DNA of 64,000 nt from a virus. Lineage: Duplodnaviria; Caudoviricetes. Of the stretch, positions 40,174-50,276 are shown in pieces. Below the pieces are notes generated by a model, which worked only from the letters and a program-made list of their open reading frames with translations, made no database searches and was not told where the DNA came from. The DNA is taken from the IMG/VR virus record IMGVR_UViG_3300037067_001811, positions 1 through 64,000 of that record; one strand, 5' to 3'. Each line of letters begins with the position of its first letter. Positions within the stretch are counted from its first letter, which is position 1. A program made the translations under genes and the position numbers.

Positions 40174-41637
40174 ATGATCGACCCCAAGCAAGCCCTACTA
40201 GCCCGCGTCACTTCCCTCGTAGAGAGGACCTCAGCTACAATCCTCTGGAAGTACACGGACGAGGATGGGAAGGACTTCTACCTGTCCGAGAAAAAGGTAG
40301 GGACTATCAAGTCACCCTACACTGGGAAGTCTTTCTCGGCGAAACCTGAGAGGTCGTCTCTTACTGACGTGAGTAAGGAACTGAAGGAGGATGAGGCCAA
40401 GGTGAAGGGATCCCTCTGGAAGTACACAGACGGGGACAACAAGACCTTCTACCTCCCGGAGCGGGTCACAGGAACCCTCAAGTCACCCTACACAGGGCAA
40501 TCATTCACCCCCAAGGCTGACAAGATGAACTTTGGGGAGATTAACAAGGCAGAGAAGACCGCCTCTGCTGCTCCAGTTCTTTGGAAGTACGTTGGTGATG
40601 GTGGTGAGACCTTCTACCTCCCAGAGAAGAAGATGGGGATGGTTCGTAGCCCCTTGTTCGGGGATATCATCCCTGCAAAGCCAACCCGAGCACCCTTGTC
40701 AAGTATTGCCAAGGATCTCAGGATGAGTGGGAACCCTTCTACAGTGATTTGGGAGTATACTGATAAGGACGGGAAGAAGTTCTACTTGGATGCTCGCAGA
40801 AGGGGGACTCTCAAGTCACCTTATACGGGTCAGTCTTTCCAGGCAGAGGCTGTTCGGCTTCCACTTGGAGAGGTAGGTCAGCCTGTAAGTGACCCAACAG
40901 CTGTTGACCCAGCAGCTGCTGAGCTTGAGGAGCTTCAAGACCTACTTCAGTCTCGAGGGTATAACCCAGCGGATGCTGCTATCTTCCAATCGGAGGGCAT
41001 GGGGCCAACGGAGCTTGAAGAGCGACTCGATGATGAAGGTAGTCTTGAGCGATCACACGGTATTGTAAAGTTAGCAGGTCAGATCCAGGAACCTCCAGTT
41101 GAGAAGGAAGAAAAGGAGGAGGGTCAGGACAAAACAGCTGCTCTGAAGGACTCTGACAAGAAGGTAGTTGATGCCTTCTATGAGAAGAAGCCTGCTGAGG
41201 GTAAAGTGCTTACCACTGACGGTAAGACTCTAGAGAAGAATGGCATGGGGGGTCATAACTTTGCCAAGTGGGAAGGTGACAAGATCGTGATCGATCCCAC
41301 TCGACCCCAAGTAAAGAATGACGAAGAGATCCTTCGCTATATGAAGAAGTCCATCCCCTCAGGTAGTCTAGCTCCTCACTCCTTCTTTGGTAAGTCAGCT
41401 AAGGTTGCTGAGGAGTTCATCACTAGGGGTCCGAACCATCCGGCTATTCTTGCACTGAAGAAGGCCTTTGATGAGGTAGTTGCATCTCTTAGTGAGGCAC
41501 GAGTGGGTACGGATGGGCTCAAGAACGCCTCTACTCAAGGCCCTGAGATCCTTATGGCTAAGGTGCAGCCTCAGGTGCAGAAGCTTGCTGAGGTATCGGC
41601 TCTTGTCGCTAAGCAGATGGAAGAGCGATTGACATGA
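40174..41637 (+). CDS. Multidomain repeat protein (4x W.Y...DG..FYL...SP..G)
   Basis: Four ~50-aa repeats, then domains flanked by KTA/KLA/KSA/KVA. Confidence 0.75.
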   Translation: MIDPKQALLARVTSLVERTSATILWKYTDEDGKDFYLSEKKVGTIKSPYTGKSFSAKPERSSLTDVSKELKEDEAKVKGSLWKYTDGDNKTFYLPERVTGTLKSPYTGQSFTPKADKMNFGEINKAEKTASAAPVLWKYVGDGGETFYLPEKKMGMVRSPLFGDIIPAKPTRAPLSSIAKDLRMSGNPSTVIWEYTDKDGKKFYLDARRRGTLKSPYTGQSFQAEAVRLPLGEVGQPVSDPTAVDPAAAELEELQDLLQSRGYNPADAAIFQSEGMGPTELEERLDDEGSLERSHGIVKLAGQIQEPPVEKEEKEEGQDKTAALKDSDKKVVDAFYEKKPAEGKVLTTDGKTLEKNGMGGHNFAKWEGDKIVIDPTRPQVKNDEEILRYMKKSIPSGSLAPHSFFGKSAKVAEEFITRGPNHPAILALKKAFDEVVASLSEARVGTDGLKNASTQGPEILMAKVQPQVQKLAEVSALVAKQMEERLT

Positions 41638-42326
41638 GCTCACCTTTTGACTTGGACCCGGAACACCCCGGGGTTAGTTCCTCCGCTACTCCTCCAGATG
41701 ACGCAACTTTTGTCATCTGGCAGGATCCTTCATCATACAACCCACTTTTTCACGGGCCTCCTTACTTGCCCGGAATGAAGGTTCGCATGGACAAGGCAGC
41801 TTCACTCAAGACCGCAGGAACAATAGCTTCGAAGTTAGCACATGGGTCTGGAACGGGTTTACCCACAGCTCTTGTATTCCTTCGAGCTCTGACGATGATC
41901 CATCAGGGTCATCATTGGTTGACTTTTGGTGAATCCTACTACGCCGATCACCTCCTCTTTGAGCGTCTCTACGATGAGACCTTAGAGGAGGTTGATGCAG
42001 TAGCGGAGAAGGCTATTGGGGTTGGTTGTCCTAAGGACAAGATTCACCCTGGGTTGCAGGCCACCTTTATTACCAAGGTAGTCCAACTCTTCTGCGGTGA
42101 CGGTCAGAACGAGAGTATGGCAGGCGACCCCAAGAGTTACCTCGAAGCAAGCTTGAAAGCTGAGGAGCTCCTACTCTCTAGTCTAGCCGCTATCGCCGCT
42201 GAGATGAAGGAGAATGGGGAGTTGACACGAGGAGTGGACAATCTCCTTGCAGGGATTGAAGACAAGCATGAGGGGCATGTGTACCTCCTCAAGCAGAGAC
42301 TAACGCCAGACCCTTGGAAGGTCTGA
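41634..42326 (+). CDS. Dps/ferritin-like protein with N-terminal extension
   Basis: HQGHHW..FG..YYADHLLFERLY....EEVDAVAEK...HE.HVYLL. Confidence 0.75.
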   Translation: MSSPFDLDPEHPGVSSSATPPDDATFVIWQDPSSYNPLFHGPPYLPGMKVRMDKAASLKTAGTIASKLAHGSGTGLPTALVFLRALTMIHQGHHWLTFGESYYADHLLFERLYDETLEEVDAVAEKAIGVGCPKDKIHPGLQATFITKVVQLFCGDGQNESMAGDPKSYLEASLKAEELLLSSLAAIAAEMKENGELTRGVDNLLAGIEDKHEGHVYLLKQRLTPDPWKV

Positions 42327-42364
42327 GTCACAGATCAGAACAAACCAGATGAAAAGGTAGACAT

Positions 42365-43399
42365 ATGTCAAACGAATCAGAAAACTTGGGTGTAGGCCTC
42401 GATGTTGGTACCATGAACTTTGTCTGTGCAAGACAAAACGGGAATGATACTAAGTTCCATTCAGTACGAGATGCCTTCTTAGACTTGGAGCTTGAGTCAA
42501 AGAAGACCCTGAAGATGAGTCAAGTTGACTATCAAGAGATTGGTGGGCAACTCTACGTCTTTGGGGATAAAGCACTACAGATGGCCAACCTCTTCAAGAG
42601 AGATATTCGCCGTCCCTTATCTCGTGGGTTAGTGTCCCCTGGGGAACTGAAGTCTCATGAGATACTAGAGAGCCTCATCAGCAAGGTTCTGGATCTTACA
42701 GACCGACCAGTACCCAATGGCACTGAGCACTGCTTCTATAGTGTCCCAGCAGAGCCTATCGATCTACCAGGTCATGACGTGGTCTTCCACACTGAAACCT
42801 TCCGTAAGATCCTTGAGACTCAAGGGTACATTGCTCATCCGATGAATGAAGCGATGGCTATCATCTATTCGGAGTGTGCTTCCTCTGGGTTCTCGGGGTT
42901 GGCCCTGTCCTTTGGTGCTGGTTTGTGTAACATCGCTCTATCCTTCCAGGCTATGATGGGAATGAGCTTCTCTCTTGCTCAAGGCGGGGGGGACTGGGTT
43001 GATACTCACTCAGCTAAGGCTGTTGGGTCGACTGCCTCTCGTATGTGCGCCATCAAGGAGAGGGGTGACTTCAGTCTGAATGATCCACCTGAAGGCAACC
43101 AAGAGGCTGAGGCTATTGCCCTCTATGTGAGGTCTCTGATTCGGAACTGCTTGACCGAAATCGCCAAGAAGGTTCGTAAGGATCAGAGTGGGGCTGACGT
43201 TCTAGATCCCATTCCAATGGTTGTCTCTGGGGGCACAACTCTAGCCAAGGGCTTCATGGAGGTCTTTCAGGATGAGTTCAACAAGGTGAGGGAGAAGGGG
43301 TTCCCGATTAAGATCTCAGAGATCCGACGGGTAGCAAACCCCTTGGAGGCTGTAGCCAAGGGTCTCTTGGTTCTTGCTCAGCAAGAACACACGGACTAA
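42365..43399 (+). CDS. Actin-like ATPase (MreB/MamK-like fold)
   Basis: GLDVGT (phosphate 1), NEAMA (connect 1), SFGAG (phosphate 2), VSGGT (adenosine), AVAKG (connect 2). Confidence 0.8.
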   Translation: MSNESENLGVGLDVGTMNFVCARQNGNDTKFHSVRDAFLDLELESKKTLKMSQVDYQEIGGQLYVFGDKALQMANLFKRDIRRPLSRGLVSPGELKSHEILESLISKVLDLTDRPVPNGTEHCFYSVPAEPIDLPGHDVVFHTETFRKILETQGYIAHPMNEAMAIIYSECASSGFSGLALSFGAGLCNIALSFQAMMGMSFSLAQGGGDWVDTHSAKAVGSTASRMCAIKERGDFSLNDPPEGNQEAEAIALYVRSLIRNCLTEIAKKVRKDQSGADVLDPIPMVVSGGTTLAKGFMEVFQDEFNKVREKGFPIKISEIRRVANPLEAVAKGLLVLAQQEHTD

Positions 43400-43403
43400 T
43401 AGT

Positions 43404-44039
43404 ATGAAGCCTTGTAAAAAGTGTGATACTACTGCAAGGGACGCTAGTGGTCACTGTCGTGAGTGTGAGAGGCTTCGATCTATTAATAGGCGTGCTAGTC
43501 AAAGTAAGGAACAGAGGGATAGGGGTAGGCAATGCTGTCTAGTCCGAAGAAAGCGTCAATCTGGGGGTACCCTACTTCATCCTTGTACTAAGTGTGGTAA
43601 CTCTAAGCGGAATGCCTCAGGTGGGTGTGATTACTGTGCTAAGGAATACCAGAAAAAGTGGTACCAGAGGAACAAGGCAGTCTCAGTTGAGTGTAAGAAG
43701 AAGTGGCTTGCTGATAACCCTGAGAAGTCACAAGAGTTTGATTTGAGGGTTCGAGTGAGAAGGTACGGTCTTACTGTTGAAGATTTCCATAGGTTGTTCA
43801 CTAATCAGGGCGGTTTATGCGCTATCTGTGGTAGAGGCCTTGGTCGTACAGACATCGATCATGACCATAACCTTGGGTTTGTTAGAGGGCTCTTATGTCA
43901 CTCATGTAATATTGGATTAGGGGCTTTTCAGGATAACCCTGCAATCCTATCTAAGGCTATTCAGTACTTATTAGCTCCAAGGTCTGATTCACAGATAGAG
44001 TTACCTGTCGATAAGGGCGTCGTATGTACTACTACTTGA
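43404..44039 (+). CDS. Endonuclease VII-type homing endonuclease with Zn fingers
   Basis: RYGLT...Q.G.CAIC...DHDH..GFVRGLLC.SCN.GLG.F.DNP. Confidence 0.9.
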   Translation: MKPCKKCDTTARDASGHCRECERLRSINRRASQSKEQRDRGRQCCLVRRKRQSGGTLLHPCTKCGNSKRNASGGCDYCAKEYQKKWYQRNKAVSVECKKKWLADNPEKSQEFDLRVRVRRYGLTVEDFHRLFTNQGGLCAICGRGLGRTDIDHDHNLGFVRGLLCHSCNIGLGAFQDNPAILSKAIQYLLAPRSDSQIELPVDKGVVCTTT

Positions 44040-45190
44040 TGTCCTCATTGAAGAGAAGGCTCATTCTCGAGCTCCAGGATAGCTTCTCTAGGCATCCTGT
44101 TTATGAGAAGGTAGTGCCATTCATCCAAGCAAAGTATGCCTTTGATGAACGTCCTCAGTTCGGCATAGTGATAAAAGGTGCCTCTGCTAACAACCTGAAG
44201 CTCTCGGCTCAAAACCTGTTAGGTACGGTTGAGAGTCATGTGATGTTGTCCTATTTGGACACGCCTTCTTATCTTTTGGAGTGGGTAAAGGAAGATTTCA
44301 ATACTGTCAGGGAAAGTGGTGGAAGGATGCCTATCCCTGCTGGGGTCTATTATATTGAGTGCCTTGATGCTCCGACCAACCCTAATGAGGTCGGGCACTT
44401 CATCATAGACCCTCTCCTGACGGTGACGGATGAGCCTCTACTTCAGGTTGTGTCTGGGGTTGAGACTCGGGCTAAGCTACAGAATCCTCCTGTACCTGGG
44501 ACACTTCGTATCTGGATTAACCGAAAGCTACCCTTCTATGAGGGGACTGACTACACCATAGATTACGCCTCTGGTGAGGTATCCCTCATCACCAATATGC
44601 TTCCAGGTCAGATCCTAACCGCTGACTATCGCTACCCGATTGACTCAATTGGGCCTATTGAGTGGAAGTGGAACACGGCGGATTGGACTACGCTTCCCGG
44701 AGCCATCTTGGCCTTTGGGAAGCGTGGTAGGAAGGGGGATAAGGTTGTAGTAGTGATCTACGAAGACCGAGTAGACACTGCAACAGCTTATGGAGGGAAG
44801 TTTGAAGCTTCCTTTGACTTTGACGTCATAGCTCAAGATCCCATGCAGATGGAGGAGATGGCGGACTATACTCTCATGTCTCTGTGGCATGAGAAGAGAC
44901 CTAACCTTTCTTTTGAGGGGTTAGAGATCACGGATGTCTCAATTGGCGGTGAAGCAGAGGAAGCCTATGATGAGGTAGGAGATACCTACTACTATACGGC
45001 TTCAATGAGTGTTCAGATTCAGTCTGATTGGGAGGTCCATCTACCGCTTCCCTACACACTTAGTGGTGCTTCCGCCGCTACTAAGCCGGATGGTACGTCT
45101 ACAGTACAGCCGATACCTCAGACGGAGCTCTTCTTCTCAACTGTGCCTATCATTGTTGGGAGGAATGCAAACTACGAACGAATTACATGA
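44024..45190 (+). CDS. Tail completion/terminator-like protein
   Basis: Upstream of the sheath; acidic, with alternating beta pattern (FDFDVIAQD, SVQIQSDW). Confidence 0.5.
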   Translation: MYYYLMSSLKRRLILELQDSFSRHPVYEKVVPFIQAKYAFDERPQFGIVIKGASANNLKLSAQNLLGTVESHVMLSYLDTPSYLLEWVKEDFNTVRESGGRMPIPAGVYYIECLDAPTNPNEVGHFIIDPLLTVTDEPLLQVVSGVETRAKLQNPPVPGTLRIWINRKLPFYEGTDYTIDYASGEVSLITNMLPGQILTADYRYPIDSIGPIEWKWNTADWTTLPGAILAFGKRGRKGDKVVVVIYEDRVDTATAYGGKFEASFDFDVIAQDPMQMEEMADYTLMSLWHEKRPNLSFEGLEITDVSIGGEAEEAYDEVGDTYYYTASMSVQIQSDWEVHLPLPYTLSGASAATKPDGTSTVQPIPQTELFFSTVPIIVGRNANYERIT

Positions 45191-45201
45191 AATGAGACCA
45201 A

Positions 45202-45636
45202 ATGCCCAAATATGAATTTGAGTGCCAGTGCTGCCACGCCAGATTTGATCGAGTCCTGAAGATCGGTAACCACCCGACCCATGAGTGCCCCTCCTGTGGA
45301 GATGAGGCCCCCAGATTGTTTGATGGGAATGGGTTTGGATTTGGTTTTGCAGCGGGTGGATCAGCTCCTGCTAACTCTGGTGTCCACGAACAAGATTACC
45401 CTACGGCTGATAAGGTTATTGGCCGAAGTGCGGAGGAACGTTGGGGCACCTATAAGAAGCGAGACAAGGTTAAGAACGAAGTACGTCGAGTCGGTGGGGA
45501 TCAAGCTCTATCCAGAGTGGATGGGGAGGGTTACGTGGACTACATGGCCATGAATCCTGCCGAGAGGGAAGCCCGAGGGAAGCTTGTTGATTACGCGGTG
45601 ACTATGGAGAAGCAACCTGAAGTAAAAGCAGGGTAA
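45202..45636 (+). CDS. FmdB-like zinc-ribbon protein
   Basis: MPKYEFECQCC...ECPSCG. Confidence 0.75.
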   Translation: MPKYEFECQCCHARFDRVLKIGNHPTHECPSCGDEAPRLFDGNGFGFGFAAGGSAPANSGVHEQDYPTADKVIGRSAEERWGTYKKRDKVKNEVRRVGGDQALSRVDGEGYVDYMAMNPAEREARGKLVDYAVTMEKQPEVKAG

Positions 45637-45653
45637 TCTCCGCCTCTAGTAAA

Positions 45654-45898
45654 GAAGAGGTGGTTTGGCTTTCTAAGCTTTAGGGTTGTTCAATACTTCA
45701 CTTGTACCTTCACTAAAGCCAAAGACTCGAAAGAGTTGACCGCCACCTCTTCGGAGTGGGACAGCAACAATAGGCCCAGACTGATAGATCAAATTGGAAG
45801 TAGAACCTGAGACCTAGATCAGACTGCTAAGACCCATATTAGATACAGATCAGACCAGATCATAGATGTAGATCGTCCACGAAGTCAGGAGATTTATC
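45654..45898 (+). promoter_or_regulatory. Structured 5' leader of the sheath gene with AGATC repeats
   Basis: gaagaggtgg/ccacctcttc closing stem, inner stems, then a periodic AGAT tract and SD AGGAG. Confidence 0.55.
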
Positions 45899-48800
45899 AT
45901 GAGTATGGGCCCTTTTGCAACTTATGTCCAACCAGGTGTCTACTCTCGAACGTTGACCGAAGCGAATGTGGCCGCTCTTGTAGCAGGTCTGCGCATTCCG
46001 TTCATCATCGGAGTTGGTCAAGAAGAACTCGAGCAAGATGACCTCGAGATGGTTCGCGGTTCCTCATCCACCTTGGATGAGCAGATCATCAACGAGGACA
46101 TTAGTTCTCGCTGGGTTGTTGATTCAACTAACCCTACTAGTCTAGTCCTAGGGGTCCAAGATGGAACCCGAGTTCAGTTCCAGGTTAGGAATTACCCTGT
46201 TGTTGATGGGCAGGGGTTTGGTCGCATCTCGAATGATGTTCGGACCATCACAGTTACGGTCAATGGGGCTCCCGTTGCTCTTGGGGCTCTCGTTGGCAGC
46301 ACTGGCGTAGTAACTCTCCAGGTTCCGACTCAGCCTTCAGACACGGTCCGAGTCACCTACTTCTTCCATCGTGGTGATACCGCGTTCCAGGATGACGTCT
46401 CAAAGCAGGTTAGTACCTCTCCTGCTCAGATCGTTACCCCAGGGTATGCTCCCTTCACTATTAATGCTGGTTCCAATGACACCTTGAGGGTTACTCTCGA
46501 CGGTGGAGTTGAGAAGACTATGGTCTTCTTGCCGGCGGCAGCTGCTACGGCCGCTAACCTCAAGACTCAGATCGATGCAGCCCTCGGGGTTGGTATTGCA
46601 GGGGTTTTCACTGACAACCTTGGTCAGGACCACCTGACGTTCACCTCTCCTTCGTCAGTCCTGATTGGTACCGGAAGTGTCAATGGCATTCTCGGTCTCG
46701 CCAATGGGCAATCGGCAAGTGGGAATACTCAGTTCAGGGTCTTTCAGATCCCGGTTGTAGATGGTTCTTCGGGTGGAGTAACGACAACTGACACTTCGAA
46801 GGTAGTCGTCAAGGTCAATGGGACTCAGGTCATCCCAACGGCCCTCGATGGTACCAACGGCATTGTGACCTTGGCGATTGCACCGCCTCCAAGTTCGACG
46901 GTGACGGTTCAGTACTACGCCAATACGTGCCAGGATACCTTCGACTACCTCCCCAACCCGTTGGTGACTAACGTCATTCGTTCGGGTATCAGCCCCGGTA
47001 GGTCGGATTACATCCAGGGCCAAGACTTCGTGATCATGAATCCGAGTCCGGATGTATCCATCGTTCACTGGGGGACCAGCTACTCGGTATCCTCAACTCT
47101 CAATACCCCTGGAGCAGAGCCCTTCGATAGCTCACAGGTCATCCCAACCTTGGTGGATGATCGGTTGTACTTAGTTCCTTGCACGAACTTCATCGATACC
47201 TCGGTGGTTCCAGCTTCGGTTAGCAGTACGGTGTTCCTGCTTCCAGCAGTACCTACGACCGGTAACGGCCGCAATACTGTCCTTGGGCAGACGGACTTCA
47301 ACGCTGTTGCCAATGGTCGCCAGGACCTCGTTACTAACCGACCTGACTTGGTGATTGCTCGGGTAGGTAGGACTCTTGGGGACGCCCTCATTCGTCCTGA
47401 GGCTAAGGTTCTCGCAGTTGACGGTCCTAATCGGAAGATCACCCTTAGGGATCCGATTCCGGCTGACTGGAACGTCTATGCGACCTTCTACTACAGCCGA
47501 ATCACCGATGATACTTACATCCTGACCAATCAGGTTGCAGGGCCCATCGGTACGGGGCAGTACACGGTCTTCTCCTCACTCACGAACACGAACCTCTACC
47601 AGGTTCGCTTCATGGGCAAGGGTGGTCTATCTCAGATCGTTCAGTGGCCGCGTGGAGTCGAGCAGGTTCCAGACGCTATGTACACGGGTGCGGGAACTCC
47701 GGTTTCCGAGACCGTTACAGTTACCTTCGGAACAGCTGCAGCTCGTGGAGCCGTCTATACGAACGAAGGGGCCGCTCCTTACTCGTTCTACAATACAGCC
47801 TCGGCTACTTGGAGAACTCTAGTCAATAGTGTGACGGTTTCTACGAACCTGAGCACTGCTGCAGGGGCTTACTTGGTAGGTCAGTCAGTGGCTATCCCTG
47901 GTGGGAACATCACTGTCCCTGCTTCGCCAAATAACGTTCTGAATCTGGTCATTGATGGGCAGGCTGTTACTGCAACCCTGACTGCTGGTGCTCAGACTCC
48001 AGCGGCCATTGCTGCTACAGTCAATGCGGCCATCGATGCTGTCCTAACAGGTACGAATAACCTGTTCACTCCGATCCCAGGGCCAACTGGCTACACCAAC
48101 TTCGTGATCCGAAGCCTCACCGCTCCGGCAGCACTTCCTGGTGGGTTCGATGCAGTGAGCTCGGTACTTGTAGGTCAGGGTACAGTTGAAAACCTCTTGG
48201 GCTTCACTACCTTCCAGAGTGCAGTGGGTACCGCAGGTGCCATCAACAAGCCGGCAACCCTGTTGGGGTCCATTCCTGAGACCTTTGTGATCACCGCTGG
48301 TGTGAACGATAGCCTCAAGTTGAGGATTAACGGGATCGACTTTGCGGTCACCTTGAATACCTCCTCAACAACAGCGGCCAACATCGTCACTGACATCAAC
48401 GGGGTAATCTCCTCACAGGGTACGGCAACGGCTGGGACCTTGGCGAATGTTGGTAAGGTCAGGATCACCAGCAACGTCAACACCTCGGCTTCCTCAATCC
48501 TCATCTTGGATGGTAGTGCAAATGACACCCTTGGCTTCAGTCAAGGTGACTTTGCGAGCCAAACCCTCGTTGGAGCTCAAGAGGTTACTGATGCTCTGAT
48601 GGGTACAGTTGGGTTTGCAGTGTCATCTTGGACACCCCCAACACCTATTGCCGGTGCGGTTGCCTACCCAACAACGGTCAATGGTCAGACTTATGTCACC
48701 ATTGCATCGCTGACCACTGGTATTGCTACTAGCAGTGTAGGGTTCGTCACAGGAAGCAACTCGGCCTTCAATGTTACCACTGGAACTGGGATCCTTCCTG

Positions 48801-50173
48801 GAACCTCAGGTGATGTTGGTGAGGATGCAACCAGTAACTTCGCGGTCACTTCCACCAACCCACTTGGGTCGGCTGGTACAGGGACCCCGGGACAGACCTA
48901 CACGGATGCCCGTACCGGTCTGAGGTTCACGGTTCTACCTTCCACTACTGGGACCTATGATCCTGCTGGGTACTTCACTCTTCAGGCTACTTCGACCCAC
49001 TATGTCAACTCGGGGATCCCGTACTACACGATCCCAGGGCTCGAGACCCTTGTTACCAACACGGTCAACGTTGGAGTGAACGACACGGCCAACGTTCAGA
49101 CTTTCAACCCGTCCGGGTTGGAGCCTGCCAACGGGGACTTCTACTTCATCAGCTACCGCTTCATGAAGCAGGACTACTCGACTAGGTTGTACTCCCAGTT
49201 CAAGACCATTGAGGCCACCTACGGTGCTCTTAGTGCCTCGAATCGAGTAACCCTGGGTGCCTACCTTGCCATCATCAATGGTGCTGTCCTGGTCGGTATC
49301 AAGCAGGTCCAGAAGGTTCCGAATACCAATCAAGCATCGGCTCAGTCGTTCATTACGGCCATCCAGGGCTTGGCAACTCCGCTACCTGGTAACGTCAAGC
49401 CGGACATTCTCATCCCTCTCAGCACTGACACTCAGGTATACTCGTACTTGACTCAGCATTGTGAGGTGATGAGTAACATCCGTAACCAGTCGGAGAGAAT
49501 GGGCTTCATCGGCTTTGCCAGTGGGACAACTCCCACTACGGTTCAGACGATTGCCAAGTCTCTCTTCAGTCAGAGGATCGTTGCCCTCTACCCGGATTCA
49601 GCAGTTGTTACCTTCACAAACGAGTTGGGTAGCACCTTCGAGTCTCTAGTAGATGGTACGTTCTTCGCAGCTGCAGTAGCTGGTGCAGTGTGCTCCCCAG
49701 CGGTTGACGTTGCTACTCCTTACACCCGTCGCCAAATCCAAGGGTTCACCCGAATCCCGAGGATCATGGACCCGGTGGAGGCTAACCAGACCGCAGTGGC
49801 TGGTGTCACCATCCTGGAAGATCTGCAGCCCATCATTCGAATTCGTCAGGGTCTCACGACCAACATGACTTCGATTCTCACCAGGCTGCCCACGGTAACT
49901 CAGATTGCGGACTATGTTTCGATCAGCTCGAGGTCCGTCCTGGATGCGTACGTAGGTACCAAGTTCCTGTCGAGTCGTACCAATGAAGTTGAGGTTTCTA
50001 TGACCTCTCTCTTCAAGCAGTTGATTCAGCAGGAGATCGTTGCCGCCTTCACTGGCATTGCCGCTACGGTGGACGCCAATGACCCGACAATATTGAACGC
50101 CGAAGCCTACTATCAGCCAGTATTTCCACTTTTATTTATTGTTTTGACGTTCAACCTCAGGGCGAGGATCTAG
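45899..50173 (+). CDS. Contractile tail sheath protein with large insertion domains
   Basis: N-terminal YVQPGVYSRT; C-terminal sheath core (ERMGFIG, IRQGLTT, TQIADYV, YQPVFPLLFI). Confidence 0.9.
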   Translation: MSMGPFATYVQPGVYSRTLTEANVAALVAGLRIPFIIGVGQEELEQDDLEMVRGSSSTLDEQIINEDISSRWVVDSTNPTSLVLGVQDGTRVQFQVRNYPVVDGQGFGRISNDVRTITVTVNGAPVALGALVGSTGVVTLQVPTQPSDTVRVTYFFHRGDTAFQDDVSKQVSTSPAQIVTPGYAPFTINAGSNDTLRVTLDGGVEKTMVFLPAAAATAANLKTQIDAALGVGIAGVFTDNLGQDHLTFTSPSSVLIGTGSVNGILGLANGQSASGNTQFRVFQIPVVDGSSGGVTTTDTSKVVVKVNGTQVIPTALDGTNGIVTLAIAPPPSSTVTVQYYANTCQDTFDYLPNPLVTNVIRSGISPGRSDYIQGQDFVIMNPSPDVSIVHWGTSYSVSSTLNTPGAEPFDSSQVIPTLVDDRLYLVPCTNFIDTSVVPASVSSTVFLLPAVPTTGNGRNTVLGQTDFNAVANGRQDLVTNRPDLVIARVGRTLGDALIRPEAKVLAVDGPNRKITLRDPIPADWNVYATFYYSRITDDTYILTNQVAGPIGTGQYTVFSSLTNTNLYQVRFMGKGGLSQIVQWPRGVEQVPDAMYTGAGTPVSETVTVTFGTAAARGAVYTNEGAAPYSFYNTASATWRTLVNSVTVSTNLSTAAGAYLVGQSVAIPGGNITVPASPNNVLNLVIDGQAVTATLTAGAQTPAAIAATVNAAIDAVLTGTNNLFTPIPGPTGYTNFVIRSLTAPAALPGGFDAVSSVLVGQGTVENLLGFTTFQSAVGTAGAINKPATLLGSIPETFVITAGVNDSLKLRINGIDFAVTLNTSSTTAANIVTDINGVISSQGTATAGTLANVGKVRITSNVNTSASSILILDGSANDTLGFSQGDFASQTLVGAQEVTDALMGTVGFAVSSWTPPTPIAGAVAYPTTVNGQTYVTIASLTTGIATSSVGFVTGSNSAFNVTTGTGILPGTSGDVGEDATSNFAVTSTNPLGSAGTGTPGQTYTDARTGLRFTVLPSTTGTYDPAGYFTLQATSTHYVNSGIPYYTIPGLETLVTNTVNVGVNDTANVQTFNPSGLEPANGDFYFISYRFMKQDYSTRLYSQFKTIEATYGALSASNRVTLGAYLAIINGAVLVGIKQVQKVPNTNQASAQSFITAIQGLATPLPGNVKPDILIPLSTDTQVYSYLTQHCEVMSNIRNQSERMGFIGFASGTTPTTVQTIAKSLFSQRIVALYPDSAVVTFTNELGSTFESLVDGTFFAAAVAGAVCSPAVDVATPYTRRQIQGFTRIPRIMDPVEANQTAVAGVTILEDLQPIIRIRQGLTTNMTSILTRLPTVTQIADYVSISSRSVLDAYVGTKFLSSRTNEVEVSMTSLFKQLIQQEIVAAFTGIAATVDANDPTILNAEAYYQPVFPLLFIVLTFNLRARI

Positions 50174-50276
50174 GTCCCAATTATCTGTTGTAAAATCAAC
50201 ACTTTACAGCAAGATTCGAACTTAGTAATTGACAGGGCCCACTTTGGTAGTATCCATACCGAAGTGGGCCCTTGTC

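Noticed and set aside
45777-45874. AGATC tract as a mini CRISPR array or replication iterons
   Set aside because: Units are 5-7 nt and degenerate with no spacers; similar tracts recur before many RBSs, which fits a leader element better
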